This document shows positions 8,941-17,817 of a stretch of DNA of 51,143 nucleotides, piece by piece. The DNA comes from Nitrospinota bacterium (GTDB lineage: Bacteria > Nitrospinota > Nitrospinia > UBA9942): positions 1-51,143 of the forward strand of contig JACQBS010000044.1 of assembly GCA_016194325.1 (NCBI GenBank), given 5' to 3'. The translations under genes and the position numbers were made by a program. Numbering within the stretch: position 1 is the first letter of the stretch; every line of letters begins with the position of its first letter. The notes beneath the pieces are model-generated. The model searched no databases, had not been told where the DNA came from, and saw only the letters and a list, made by a program, of their open reading frames with translations.

Positions 8941-9005
8941 TTTCGCCGTTCGTCATTCGTACTTCGTAAATCGTCTTTATAGTATGCGATGTGCGAAGTA
9001 CGATT
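8941..9005. repeat. Intergenic inverted heptamer array (TTCGTAC-type) between cheR and cheW
   Basis: ttcgccg ttcgtca ttcgtac ttcgtaa ... tgcgatg tgcgaag tacga. Confidence 0.75.
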
Positions 9006-10472
9006 TTATTTCAGCATTTCCTGAACATGCCTTATTAATTCCTCTATTGTCAGTTCAGTATATGGCTCTATCCGTTCATCTGATGGTAATGTCTTAAGAA
9101 GATTCAATGCCGAATTTCTCATCTTAAATGCCCTCTCTCTATCCCCCTTTCCCTCGTATATAATCCCCATCTCCAGATATGCAGGGATATGAGAAGGATT
9201 GAGATATATCACCTTCTTTAACATCTCCTCTTCATCTTCAAGCCTTCCATTTTCACGGGAAATCTGTGCAAGGAGATAGTAAGGTTCAGCATTAAATTTA
9301 TCAATCTCTATCGCCTTTTTTAAATTGGACTCTGCCTTTCCGTATTCACCTATATTCGCATAGGTCTGACCTATGAGACAGTGTGCATCAAAGTATTCAG
9401 GATTCGTTAGTAAGATATATTCTAACTTCTCAATTGTCAATGGATAATTACCTTTATTATATAGCTCCTTTGCCTCAGACATAATTGATTGCAGAGTAAG
9501 GATTGAGAAGTGTGGAATTTGGATTTCGTCAATTTTGGATTTCGGGGCACCCGCCACAGTGGGTCGTTGGAATTTGGATTTTAAATCCAAAATCGGTAAT
9601 CCAAAATCCAAAATTGGGGTTCCCGCACTCCTAACTCCTAACTCCGAACTTTTCTGATATACCACTGACTCCGGAAATACCTTCGGTCTCAGATTGGCAA
9701 TAGCCTGCTGGGGCAGTTCTGCATGTCCTGTCATCAAATAACCACCGTCATTAAGTGTTTCATTAAATTTTGATGTAACTTTGGAAACTACATCTGAAAT
9801 AAAATATATAAAGACATTCCTGCAAAGAATAAGGTCCATATTATGGATGGCAGAGCTGTAATAAGGATATGTATCATTGATTAAATCGCCAACTTCAAAC
9901 TTAACCATCTCTGTAATATTTTTGTCAAGCCTCCATCCTTCCTTAGCCTTACGAAACCATTGCTTTTTTATATCTTCGCTTACCATACGAAATGACCAAT
10001 CCCTATAATAACAGCGTCTTGCTTTTTTGAGAGCATCTTCATTAATATCCGTCCCAAGGATAAGGATGTCCCAGTCTTTTATGGATGGAATCAGCTCATT
10101 TAATAGGATGGCAATGGAATAAGCCTCCTCTCCTGTTGAGCATCCTGCACTCCAGATTCTTAAGGTTCTTTTGTCCTTACGCAGTTCAATCAATTCAGGA
10201 AGGATGGAAAACTTGAGCAGTGAAAACTGCCCTCTGTCACGGAAAAAGTATGTCTCGCCAGTGGTCAGGCATTTAGTAATCTCCTGCCATTCAGCTTTAC
10301 TCTTATTATCTTTCTTAAAAAAATGATAATACTCCTCAGAGGATGAAATATTGAGAGACCTTATTCTTGCTGAAACTGTCTCAATAAATTTATCCCTATC
10401 CTGTTCTCTTATATTAAGACCCGTCTGCTCTGAGATGACCTTTATCAACATCTTTAGAAAAGCGTCTTTCAT
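9006..10472 (-). CDS. cheR: CheR methyltransferase with C-terminal TPR (WspC-like)
   Basis: TTGETYFFRD, IWSAGCSTGEEAYS, DLILCRNVFIYF; TPR helices after a repeat-derived linker. Confidence 0.96.
   Translation of the reverse strand: MKDAFLKMLIKVISEQTGLNIREQDRDKFIETVSARIRSLNISSSEEYYHFFKKDNKSKAEWQEITKCLTTGETYFFRDRGQFSLLKFSILPELIELRKDKRTLRIWSAGCSTGEEAYSIAILLNELIPSIKDWDILILGTDINEDALKKARRCYYRDWSFRMVSEDIKKQWFRKAKEGWRLDKNITEMVKFEVGDLINDTYPYYSSAIHNMDLILCRNVFIYFISDVVSKVTSKFNETLNDGGYLMTGHAELPQQAIANLRPKVFPESVVYQKSSELGVRSAGTPILDFGLPILDLKSKFQRPTVAGAPKSKIDEIQIPHFSILTLQSIMSEAKELYNKGNYPLTIEKLEYILLTNPEYFDAHCLIGQTYANIGEYGKAESNLKKAIEIDKFNAEPYYLLAQISRENGRLEDEEEMLKKVIYLNPSHIPAYLEMGIIYEGKGDRERAFKMRNSALNLLKTLPSDERIEPYTELTIEELIRHVQEMLK
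9495..9650. repeat. Nested in-frame repeat element in the cheR linker
   Basis: Outer ACTCCTA-type array, inner ATTTTGG/CCAAAAT hairpin, innermost palindrome acccgccacagtgggt (9549-9564). Confidence 0.85.
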
Positions 10473-10473
10473 A

Positions 10474-10588
10474 ACAGGCTGTTGAAAAAGACATATTTGG
10501 TCATGTTGCCCTGAGGATTCTGAACCAAGTAATGTCGCCCTGAATTTATTTCAAAGTTAGATGACACTTTCAGGGTTCAGCATGACAT
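10474..10588. repeat. REP-like palindromes and IS-end-like motif between vapC and cheR
   Basis: aacaggctgttgaaaaa; tgtcgccctgaatttatttca...ttcagggttcagcatgaca (GTCA-type REP-like; overlaps the vapC stop). Confidence 0.5.
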
Positions 10589-11013
10589 TCAGAAGGCAGT
10601 AAAATAAATCCTTCTTTTCTTGCTGCCTCTCTTAATCTTAAGTCAAGGCATACAAAATGATGCCCCTTGGCTTTTTTTCCTGCCCATATAAGTGCAGCAG
10701 ATAGTTGTAATGAATCGGCAGCCTGTAGGGGATGGGTCATAAGAAGTCGTCCTGCTATATCTCTCATGTCTTCACTGGGTTCAACCTCTGTCCAAGTATT
10801 AGATAGTATGGTGAGTAGATGTCTTGTCTGGTCTTCGTCTCTGGACTTTAAAAAACCCTCACGTCTTAAACGGGCAAAGGCAGAATAACATTCTATTAGA
10901 CTCCCCCACCATACAGCTATGGCAACATCCTCTTTGATAATATGATGAATACTCTTAGTTTGAGGCTCATCTATGCACATAGGTATAATCGCTGAAGAAT
11001 CCCAGAACATCAT
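10570..11013 (-). CDS. vapC: VapC PIN-domain toxin
   Basis: FWDSSAIIP, IECYSAFAR, LQAADSLQLSAA, FVCLDLRLREAA. Confidence 0.9.
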   Translation of the reverse strand: MMFWDSSAIIPMCIDEPQTKSIHHIIKEDVAIAVWWGSLIECYSAFARLRREGFLKSRDEDQTRHLLTILSNTWTEVEPSEDMRDIAGRLLMTHPLQAADSLQLSAALIWAGKKAKGHHFVCLDLRLREAARKEGFILLPSECHAEP

Positions 11014-11303
11014 CTGCCTTTCTCCCTCTCTTTTAAAAGGGTGGCAAGTGCCAGACCCTTTTTATCCTTTGGACGATTTATATCCCAGAAATCTGATGGG
11101 AGCTTACCTGTGCCGATTTTTACCAGTCCTGCTCTCTCAAGCGTCAAGAGGTGAGAGGGTATTTTTATTTCATCCCTTTTTAAAGGGACTATTTTGGCAA
11201 TAGGCTTTCCCCTGTCAGTAACAATAACCTCTTCGCCTGCCTTCACCTTTGACAGATATTCACTGATTGATGCCTTTAATTTGGAAACTGCGGCAGTCTT
11301 CAT
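11010..11303 (-). CDS. Phd/YefM-family antitoxin
   Basis: MKTAAVSKLKASISEYLSKVKAGEEVIVTDRGKPIAKIVP; start placed at the ATG after GGAGG (ORF track starts at 11318). Confidence 0.9.
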   Translation of the reverse strand: MKTAAVSKLKASISEYLSKVKAGEEVIVTDRGKPIAKIVPLKRDEIKIPSHLLTLERAGLVKIGTGKLPSDFWDINRPKDKKGLALATLLKEREKGR

Positions 11304-11336
11304 AAATTTGTCCTCCATGCCTATTTAGATGTGACC

Positions 11337-11365
11337 AATATAGTCTATTTAAAAGATGATGTCAA
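11337..11365 (-). promoter_or_regulatory. Putative sigma70 promoter of phd-vapC
   Basis: TTGACA-17 nt-TATATT on the minus strand. Confidence 0.6.
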
Positions 11366-11520
11366 ATGAGAAACTGTAATAACAACGAGTTCTCCAATTC
11401 ACACATTTTTTGGGTTTATTAAATACTATAAAAATACCATTAAAAAAATGACGAAGGGGATAAAAAGTGCTATTATTTACAAAGATGTATGAGGCTCATT
11501 TAACATTTATATAGACAAAA

Positions 11521-12021
11521 GTGATGATTATATATGAAGAGGTTTTAAAGTCATTTCATAAGGAAAAGATAAAATATGTGATTGTAGGAGGTATTGCTGT
11601 TAATCTACTCGGTTCCTTAAGAGGGACATCCGATCTGGATATTCTCGTTGAGATGAGCGATGAGAATCTTGCAAAGATTGTTAGAATTTTAAAAAGGAAT
11701 GGTTATCGTGTAAAACAACCGGTTGATCCAATGGGGATTGCAGATAAGAATATAAGAGAGGACTGGATTAAAAATAAGCATATGAAGGCATTTAACTTTT
11801 ATAAGGAGGAAGGGCTTAAAGAAGTTGATATAATTATAGATACACCTATATCTTATAAGGATGCCCAAAAGACAGCCCTTCGTATAAAGGCAGGCGGGAT
11901 TGCATTGCCCATAATCTCTATAGAAAATCTTATAAAGATGAAAAGAATTACCAGCAGGACAGTAGATAAACTTGATATAGAAGAATTAAAGAAAATCAAA
12001 AAATTAAGAAAGGATAAGTGA
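11521..12021 (+). CDS. Nucleotidyltransferase-fold protein (DUF6036-like)
   Basis: YVIVGGIAVNLLGSLRGTSDLDIL, VDII, LIKMK...R..DKLDIEEL. Confidence 0.8.
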   Translation: MMIIYEEVLKSFHKEKIKYVIVGGIAVNLLGSLRGTSDLDILVEMSDENLAKIVRILKRNGYRVKQPVDPMGIADKNIREDWIKNKHMKAFNFYKEEGLKEVDIIIDTPISYKDAQKTALRIKAGGIALPIISIENLIKMKRITSRTVDKLDIEELKKIKKLRKDK

Positions 12022-12200
12022 TGTTTAAGTGGGAGAGTGAAAGTGAACGTTTGAAGAGGTTTATGAAAATTCCGCCAAAGAAAAAATTAGAGTGGCTTTA
12101 CCAGATGAACGAATTTATCACAAAACACTCATCCAAACACAGCATTTCCTTAAGGCGTAAGCTGAGGAGGTTAACCCAAAAAGATGCATTTAAAAAGTAA
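12018..12200 (+). CDS. Small basic hypothetical protein coupled to the nucleotidyltransferase
   Basis: GTGA overlap with the upstream stop; LKRFMKIPPKKKLEWL pattern of small NTase partners. Confidence 0.6.
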   Translation: MMFKWESESERLKRFMKIPPKKKLEWLYQMNEFITKHSSKHSISLRRKLRRLTQKDAFKK

Positions 12201-12262
12201 AAAAGTTCATAATTTAAACAAACACAATAAGAAATTAGGAATATAGACTGTAGTTCTATCTT

Positions 12263-12904
12263 TTATTCCTTCCATCCGTGGTTGCCGACCAATTTTACAA
12301 AGACACAGCCGCAAATATTCGTTGTAGTTATGCCATCTCTGCCCTTTTCCAATTTAACAAGTGTCTGGGAAAATTCATCACCTATGGGTATCACCATCCT
12401 GCCGCCGACTGCAAGCTGGTCAATCAGGGATTTTGGAATGTCAGGGGCGCCTGCTGTTACAATTATTGCATCATAAGGGGCATGCTCTATCCAGCCGTAT
12501 GTCCCGTCAAATATCTTTATGGCTATATTCAGATAGCCGAGAGAGTCAAGCCTATCCCTTGCCTTTACTGCAAGGGATTTAATCCTCTCAACTGAATATA
12601 CCTTTTCACAGAGTTCTGCAAGGACGGCAGACTGATAGCCTGAGCCGGTCCCGATTTCAAGAACCTTTTCATCTCCCTTGAGTTCAAGACTCTCTGTCAT
12701 CAGGGCTACCATATAGGGCTGTGAGATTGTCTGCTTCTCGCCGATTGGCAGAGGATGGTCTCCATAAGCCCTGCTCCTTAAAGCCTCTTCAACAAAGAGG
12801 TGCCTTGGAACCTTACCCATCGCATCAAGAACCCGTCTGTCCCTAATTCCTCTGCCTATAAGCTGTTCTTCTACCATTATCTTTTTATCACTTTCATAAT
12901 CCAT
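12263..12904 (-). CDS. pcm: Protein-L-isoaspartate O-methyltransferase
   Basis: [33 protein letters not shown]. Confidence 0.97.
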   Translation of the reverse strand: MDYESDKKIMVEEQLIGRGIRDRRVLDAMGKVPRHLFVEEALRSRAYGDHPLPIGEKQTISQPYMVALMTESLELKGDEKVLEIGTGSGYQSAVLAELCEKVYSVERIKSLAVKARDRLDSLGYLNIAIKIFDGTYGWIEHAPYDAIIVTAGAPDIPKSLIDQLAVGGRMVIPIGDEFSQTLVKLEKGRDGITTTNICGCVFVKLVGNHGWKE

Positions 12905-12910
12905 TTAATA

Positions 12911-12970
12911 AAGCTAAAAGCTGAAAGCTAAAAGCTAAAAGTTGCTTTGAGCTTTGAGCCTTGAGCTTTT
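12911..12970. repeat. Intergenic inverted heptamer array (AAAGCTA/TGAGCTT)
   Basis: aagctaaaagctgaaagctaaaagctaaaag ... ctttgagctttgagccttgagcttt fills the gap between two genes. Confidence 0.88.
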
Positions 12971-12975
12971 ATTGG

Positions 12976-14352
12976 TCAATTTAATCTCTTTAAAATCTCC
13001 CTTGCCGACATAACTCCCGATACTGACGCCTGAATCAATCCCCTGCTGACCCCTGCACCGTCACCGATGGCAAAAAGATTTGGTATTTCAGTCTCCAATG
13101 ACTTTGTCAATTTTAACTGGAGAGAATAAAATTTCACCTCTATGCCATAAAGGAGCGTATGCTCCGAGCATACACCCGGTGCGAATTTATCCAATGCCTT
13201 CAGCATCTCCATGATATTTGCTAAAAACCTATACGGAAGGACAAAGCTCAGGTCTCCCGGTGTAGCTGTTTTTAGAGTGGGGACTGTGATTCCCTTCTTC
13301 ATCCTTTCAGGTGTTGACCTCCTCCCCTTTAAGAGGTCGCCGAGACGCTGGACAATCACACCTTCACCGAGAAAATTTGCAAGTCTTGCTATATACTTGC
13401 CATAAGATATTGGCTCATTAAATGGTTTTGTAAACGATGTGCTTACAAGAAGGGCAAAATTTGTATTTTCACTCCTCTTTGCAGTATAGCTGTGCCCGTT
13501 TACTGTGAATATTCCGTCAGCAGACTCCTGAACAACCTCTCCATAAGGATTTACGCAAAATGTCCTTATCTGGTCGTCAAACTGCCTTGAATAGTAAATT
13601 AGCTTTGGCTCGTAAATAATATCCGTTACAAAAGATAGTGTTGAGGCAGGCAATTCCACCCTTACACCTATATCAACAGGATTCATCAGAGGTATCAACC
13701 CAAGTTTACGATACTCCCTGTCAAGCCAATCAGCCCCTCCCCTTCCCGGCGACAATATAACAAAATCTGATGTAAATTCCCTCCCATCTTCTGTCCTGAC
13801 CCCGCTGACTTTTGAACCATTTAGAATAATAGATTCTACCTTCTTATTAAACTGTATTTCTATCCTCTCTTCAAGACTATTTTTGAAATTTTGTAAGACC
13901 TCAGGACATCTGTCTGTTCCAATATGCCTTATCCTTGTTGGGATGAGTTTAAGATTATTCTGGGAGGCTTTTACTTTAAGTTTTTCAATTTCAACTGTAT
14001 CGGTCCCATAGGTATTTTGGGGGGCGCCATGTTTTATATAACAGCTGTCAACATAGTCAATTAAACCAGCCAATTCTTTTTCATCTAAATACCTGCTTAG
14101 GAATCCTCCAACTTCACTTGATAATGTCAGTTTCCCATCACTAAATGCCCCTGCCCCACCCCACCCGGATAATGTTGGAGATGCTTCTGACTTCTGACTT
14201 CTGACTTCTGACTTCTGAATTAGTTCTATTCTCTCCTTCAGCCCCCTCCCCTTCTCCAATAAAAGGACTTTTATATCTTTTTTTTTGATTAGTTCTAATG
14301 CCGCAAAAATTCCTGATGGCCCTGCACCAACAATAATAACATCATATTTCAT
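12976..14352 (-). CDS. NAD(P)/FAD-dependent oxidoreductase (uncharacterised FAD dehydrogenase family)
   Basis: YDVIIVGAGPSG, GWGGAGAFSDGKL, HIGTD, FAIGDGAGVSRG; start reassigned to MKYDVII because the ORF-track start lies in a REP. Confidence 0.88.
   Translation of the reverse strand: MKYDVIIVGAGPSGIFAALELIKKKDIKVLLLEKGRGLKERIELIQKSEVRSQKSEASPTLSGWGGAGAFSDGKLTLSSEVGGFLSRYLDEKELAGLIDYVDSCYIKHGAPQNTYGTDTVEIEKLKVKASQNNLKLIPTRIRHIGTDRCPEVLQNFKNSLEERIEIQFNKKVESIILNGSKVSGVRTEDGREFTSDFVILSPGRGGADWLDREYRKLGLIPLMNPVDIGVRVELPASTLSFVTDIIYEPKLIYYSRQFDDQIRTFCVNPYGEVVQESADGIFTVNGHSYTAKRSENTNFALLVSTSFTKPFNEPISYGKYIARLANFLGEGVIVQRLGDLLKGRRSTPERMKKGITVPTLKTATPGDLSFVLPYRFLANIMEMLKALDKFAPGVCSEHTLLYGIEVKFYSLQLKLTKSLETEIPNLFAIGDGAGVSRGLIQASVSGVMSAREILKRLN
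14184..14218. repeat. Perfect (CTTCTGA)x5 inside the oxidoreductase CDS
   Basis: Five exact units; peptide QKSEVRSQKSEA. Confidence 0.95.
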
Positions 14353-14370
14353 TCGAAAATCCCATACCTT

Positions 14371-14463
14371 ATCTCCTCCCCCTTTGATGGGGAGGGAGTT
14401 CAAGGGTGGGGGTGAGTTTCTTTCACCCTCCCCTCAGTCCCCTCCCATCAAGGGAGGGGAGAT
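14371..14463. repeat. REP-like inverted pair of GC-rich palindromes
   Basis: atctcctcccc..tttgatggggaggga...gggtgggggtga / tcaccctcccctcagtcccctcccatcaagggaggggagat. Confidence 0.85.
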
Positions 14464-14488
14464 GACTATCATCAATCAGTTATCTTAA

Positions 14489-16279
14489 TTATTCTGATTT
14501 TCTTATATCCACCAGCTTCAATTGTATCCTCTTGTTGCCTTTCCAGTTATTCATTATCGGTGTATAAACAATATCGTATTTACTGCTGTAATCAATCTTG
14601 TCTATCAAATAGGAGAAATTGAAGCCTACTACCTCCATTACCTCCGAGCCGTCATCCACATCCATTCTTATATGCACATTATTTTTCCCCATAATTATAG
14701 GCTCACCCTTAATCTCAACGTCCATTGAGCAGAGCAGAGGCGGAGGATTTGATGGACCAAATGGCCCTATCCTGTTCATCTCTTCAGTGAGTGAATAATC
14801 TAATTCTGCCAATCCAATACTTGCATCTATATCAATCTTAGGAATACAGTCATCCGTATTTAATACCTCTGTTGTTACTTTCTGAAAATACTCTTTAAAT
14901 TTATCTATCATGCCGCTTTTTATGGTCAGTCCTGCCGCATATTTATGCCCGCCGAAATCAACAAGAAAATCCCCGCACCTCCGTAAACTTTCATACAGAT
15001 GAAAAGATGGTATCCCCCTTGCCGAGCCTCTGCCATATTCTCCATCAACAGAGATTAATATTGTAGGCTTGTTGTATTCCTCTACAACCTTTGATGCCAC
15101 AATACCTATAACGCCAAGATGCCAGTTTGATGATGAGAGGATAATTGCCCTGTCATTTTCCATAGAGCATTGGCTCTCAATCATGGCTCTAACCTCTTTT
15201 AGAATATCATTCTGTATAAGCTGTCTCTTTCTATTCTCAGAATCCAGATGTCTTGCGATTTCCAGAGCCTCATCCTCATTGATTGTAGTCAAAAGCCTGA
15301 CAGCCGCATCTGCATCCCCAAGCCTTCCTGCCGCATTGATCCTTGGCCCGATGAGAAATCCCACATCCGTTACAGTAACCTCTCTCCCATTTATACCCAC
15401 AATGTTTTTCAATGCCTTCAATCCTGCCTTATCCGTCTTGCTGATTTCCTTCAGCCCGTATTTTGCAATTACATGATTCTCTCCCAGCAGAGGTGCTATA
15501 TCTGCTATTGTCCCGAGTGAAACCAAATCAAGGTGTTTTTTGAGATTGGGAATTTTTTCCTGTGACAGCCCGATTTCTTTAAAGGCACGGCGGAGAGATT
15601 TTATAAGCTTGAATACGATTCCAACGCCAGCCAGTGATTTAAAGGGATATTTGCAATCCTCCTGTCCGGGATGAAGAATGGCAACTGCCTCCGGGAGATT
15701 GGCTGATAATTGATGATGGTCGGTGATGATTAAATCAAGCCCCATCTCCTTAATCGCCTTTCCCTCTTTTACTGCGGTTATTCCGCAGTCAACAGTTATA
15801 ATCAGCTTCCCCCCCTGCTCCTTTATCTTGGTTATGGCATTTAAGTTAAGCCCATAACCCTCCCCTGCCCTTTTAGGTATGTAGTAAGAGGCATCTACAT
15901 TCATCTCCCTGAAAAAGAGTATTAAAAGAGATGTGGAAGTAATGCCGTCAACATCATAGTCACCGTATATAAATATCTTTTCCTTTGATTTTATAGCATG
16001 CATGATTCTCTGGACAGCCTTCTCCATATCCTTCATCTGATATGGGTCATGAAAGCTGTTCAGTGTAGAATTGATAAAATTACCTGCACTGTCAAGATTA
16101 TCAATCCCTCTATTGATGAGAAGCTGTGCGGTGAGAGGTGAGATGCCGAGTCCCTTTGAAAAAAACTCCTGCAGCTTAAAGTTAGGCTCAATAAAATTCC
16201 ACCTTTTCTTTATACCCTTCAGAGTGGTGATGACCCGCCTCGCTGTATCTGAATTATTTAATTCAGTAGATGTATTCAT
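14489..16279 (-). CDS. recJ: Single-stranded-DNA exonuclease RecJ
   Basis: YGDYDVDG, ITVDCG, ITDHH, GTIAD, PRINAAGR, GGHKYAAG. Confidence 0.97.
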   Translation of the reverse strand: MNTSTELNNSDTARRVITTLKGIKKRWNFIEPNFKLQEFFSKGLGISPLTAQLLINRGIDNLDSAGNFINSTLNSFHDPYQMKDMEKAVQRIMHAIKSKEKIFIYGDYDVDGITSTSLLILFFREMNVDASYYIPKRAGEGYGLNLNAITKIKEQGGKLIITVDCGITAVKEGKAIKEMGLDLIITDHHQLSANLPEAVAILHPGQEDCKYPFKSLAGVGIVFKLIKSLRRAFKEIGLSQEKIPNLKKHLDLVSLGTIADIAPLLGENHVIAKYGLKEISKTDKAGLKALKNIVGINGREVTVTDVGFLIGPRINAAGRLGDADAAVRLLTTINEDEALEIARHLDSENRKRQLIQNDILKEVRAMIESQCSMENDRAIILSSSNWHLGVIGIVASKVVEEYNKPTILISVDGEYGRGSARGIPSFHLYESLRRCGDFLVDFGGHKYAAGLTIKSGMIDKFKEYFQKVTTEVLNTDDCIPKIDIDASIGLAELDYSLTEEMNRIGPFGPSNPPPLLCSMDVEIKGEPIIMGKNNVHIRMDVDDGSEVMEVVGFNFSYLIDKIDYSSKYDIVYTPIMNNWKGNKRIQLKLVDIRKSE

Positions 16280-17817
16280 CTACCCGACTCTGTTAATACA
16301 GATATGATTTGATTCTGTATATTCCATACCTTGCCGATATCACATTTAAAATCATTCATTATTATAGAGAATGCAAATATCTCGCCCCTGTTTATATTAC
16401 AATTTTCACAGGAATTACATTTAATACAGGCTGCATAACCGGAGATGGCGCTTACACCATCCAATGTCCCTGTCTTACCCCTGACCATCTCCTGAGACTC
16501 TGAGCCGTTCATCCTCTCTTTGAGAGAGCCGTCAACACCCATCACACTTAAAGAAGAGATATACTCAGACTGAAATCTGAAATCATCATACATGGACGAT
16601 AGAACCTTCACAATCTGTGATGATGTAATTCGGTTTAATCTTGAAAGCCCCGAACCGTCAGCAATCGTATATGTCCCCTTTTGTATTCCAATCTCATCAA
16701 GATATTCCCCTGCTACCTCCAGCCCCTTTTCAGTAGTCCCCGGTGCACCTTTAATTTCAGCCCCCATAGTTTTGAGTATCTGTTCTGCTATGAAGTTGTT
16801 GCTTATCTTATTTAAGTCGCGGACAATAATAGACAGGGGAACTGATTCATGGTCAAGAAATTCCTCTGTGCCTTCCGGCTGGACACCTGTCTTGATATTT
16901 CCCTTAATGGTAATCCCTTCCCTTTCAAGAAACTCCTTAAATACGGTAGCTGTATATAACGGAGGGTTTGATATGTTGCGGTAATAGTGCATCCTCTTCT
17001 TTCCTGCAGTTACCTCTCCGCTTACAATAATCTTATCTCCCCCGCCATCTTCAACCCTGTCAACAGTAATGGTGGTCCCTACCCTTCTCCTGTTTGTAAC
17101 AGCCTTGTTTATAACCTCTACAAAACTCGTAGGCGGATTTGTAATTACCTTTGGCCTCTCCCTGTGGCTTTCAGCCGAGTCCACATAGACTGTAATGGTA
17201 TTAAAGTTTAATGAGAGTGCACCTATCCTTGCATTATATGCCCGTGAATTATCATCTTCCAGTTTCCAGCCGTTACCTGTTCTCTCACTGTCAAAAAAAC
17301 TTTCATCTGCAATAATATCGCCTGTAATTTCATCTATGCCTGAGTTTCTGATTTCCCCTACTATCAGCAATAATTCTTCCGTAACAAGCTTTGGGTCACC
17401 ATATCCCTTGATATATAAATTGCCATTGAGGATATTGCCATTAATAGTTCCATCATGGGCAACAGTTGTTTTAAATTTGTAATTGGGTTTAAGTTTTGAG
17501 AGGGCTGCAGCACTTGTTATCAGCTTCATATTGGATGCAGGGATGAGGAGTTCATCACTATTTCTCTCATAAACAGTCGCACCTGTCTTAAGAGAAACAA
17601 TTTTAATTCCTATCTTTGCATTACTCAGGCATCTGTTTTGAATAATACTGTCTATTCCCTGCTTAAGACTTGCAGGGACAGGCTTTTCACTGATTGCTGA
17701 AGGCTGAAAACTGAAAGCAGAGGAAATAAAGATGCAAGATGCAAGATTCAAGATGCAAGATACAAAGATTTTAATTTTTAAACTTGAAACTTGAAGCTTG
17801 AAACTTGGAACTTTCAT
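16276..17817 (-). CDS. dacB: D-Ala-D-Ala carboxypeptidase/endopeptidase (PBP4, peptidase S13)
   Basis: PASNMK (SxxK), SNN, DGSGLSR, KTGTL. Confidence 0.95.
   Translation of the reverse strand: MKVPSFKLQVSSLKIKIFVSCILNLASCIFISSAFSFQPSAISEKPVPASLKQGIDSIIQNRCLSNAKIGIKIVSLKTGATVYERNSDELLIPASNMKLITSAAALSKLKPNYKFKTTVAHDGTINGNILNGNLYIKGYGDPKLVTEELLLIVGEIRNSGIDEITGDIIADESFFDSERTGNGWKLEDDNSRAYNARIGALSLNFNTITVYVDSAESHRERPKVITNPPTSFVEVINKAVTNRRRVGTTITVDRVEDGGGDKIIVSGEVTAGKKRMHYYRNISNPPLYTATVFKEFLEREGITIKGNIKTGVQPEGTEEFLDHESVPLSIIVRDLNKISNNFIAEQILKTMGAEIKGAPGTTEKGLEVAGEYLDEIGIQKGTYTIADGSGLSRLNRITSSQIVKVLSSMYDDFRFQSEYISSLSVMGVDGSLKERMNGSESQEMVRGKTGTLDGVSAISGYAACIKCNSCENCNINRGEIFAFSIIMNDFKCDIGKVWNIQNQIISVLTESGR
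17690..17814. repeat. Heptamer arrays forming most of the DacB N-terminal/signal region
   Basis: (aacttga)x4 inverted to (caagatg)x4, plus a (gctgaaa)-type array. Confidence 0.85.

Noticed and set aside
14353-14403. N-terminal extension of the FAD oxidoreductase in the ORF track
   Set aside because: It is translated REP palindrome; the Rossmann motif begins right after the ATG at 14352.
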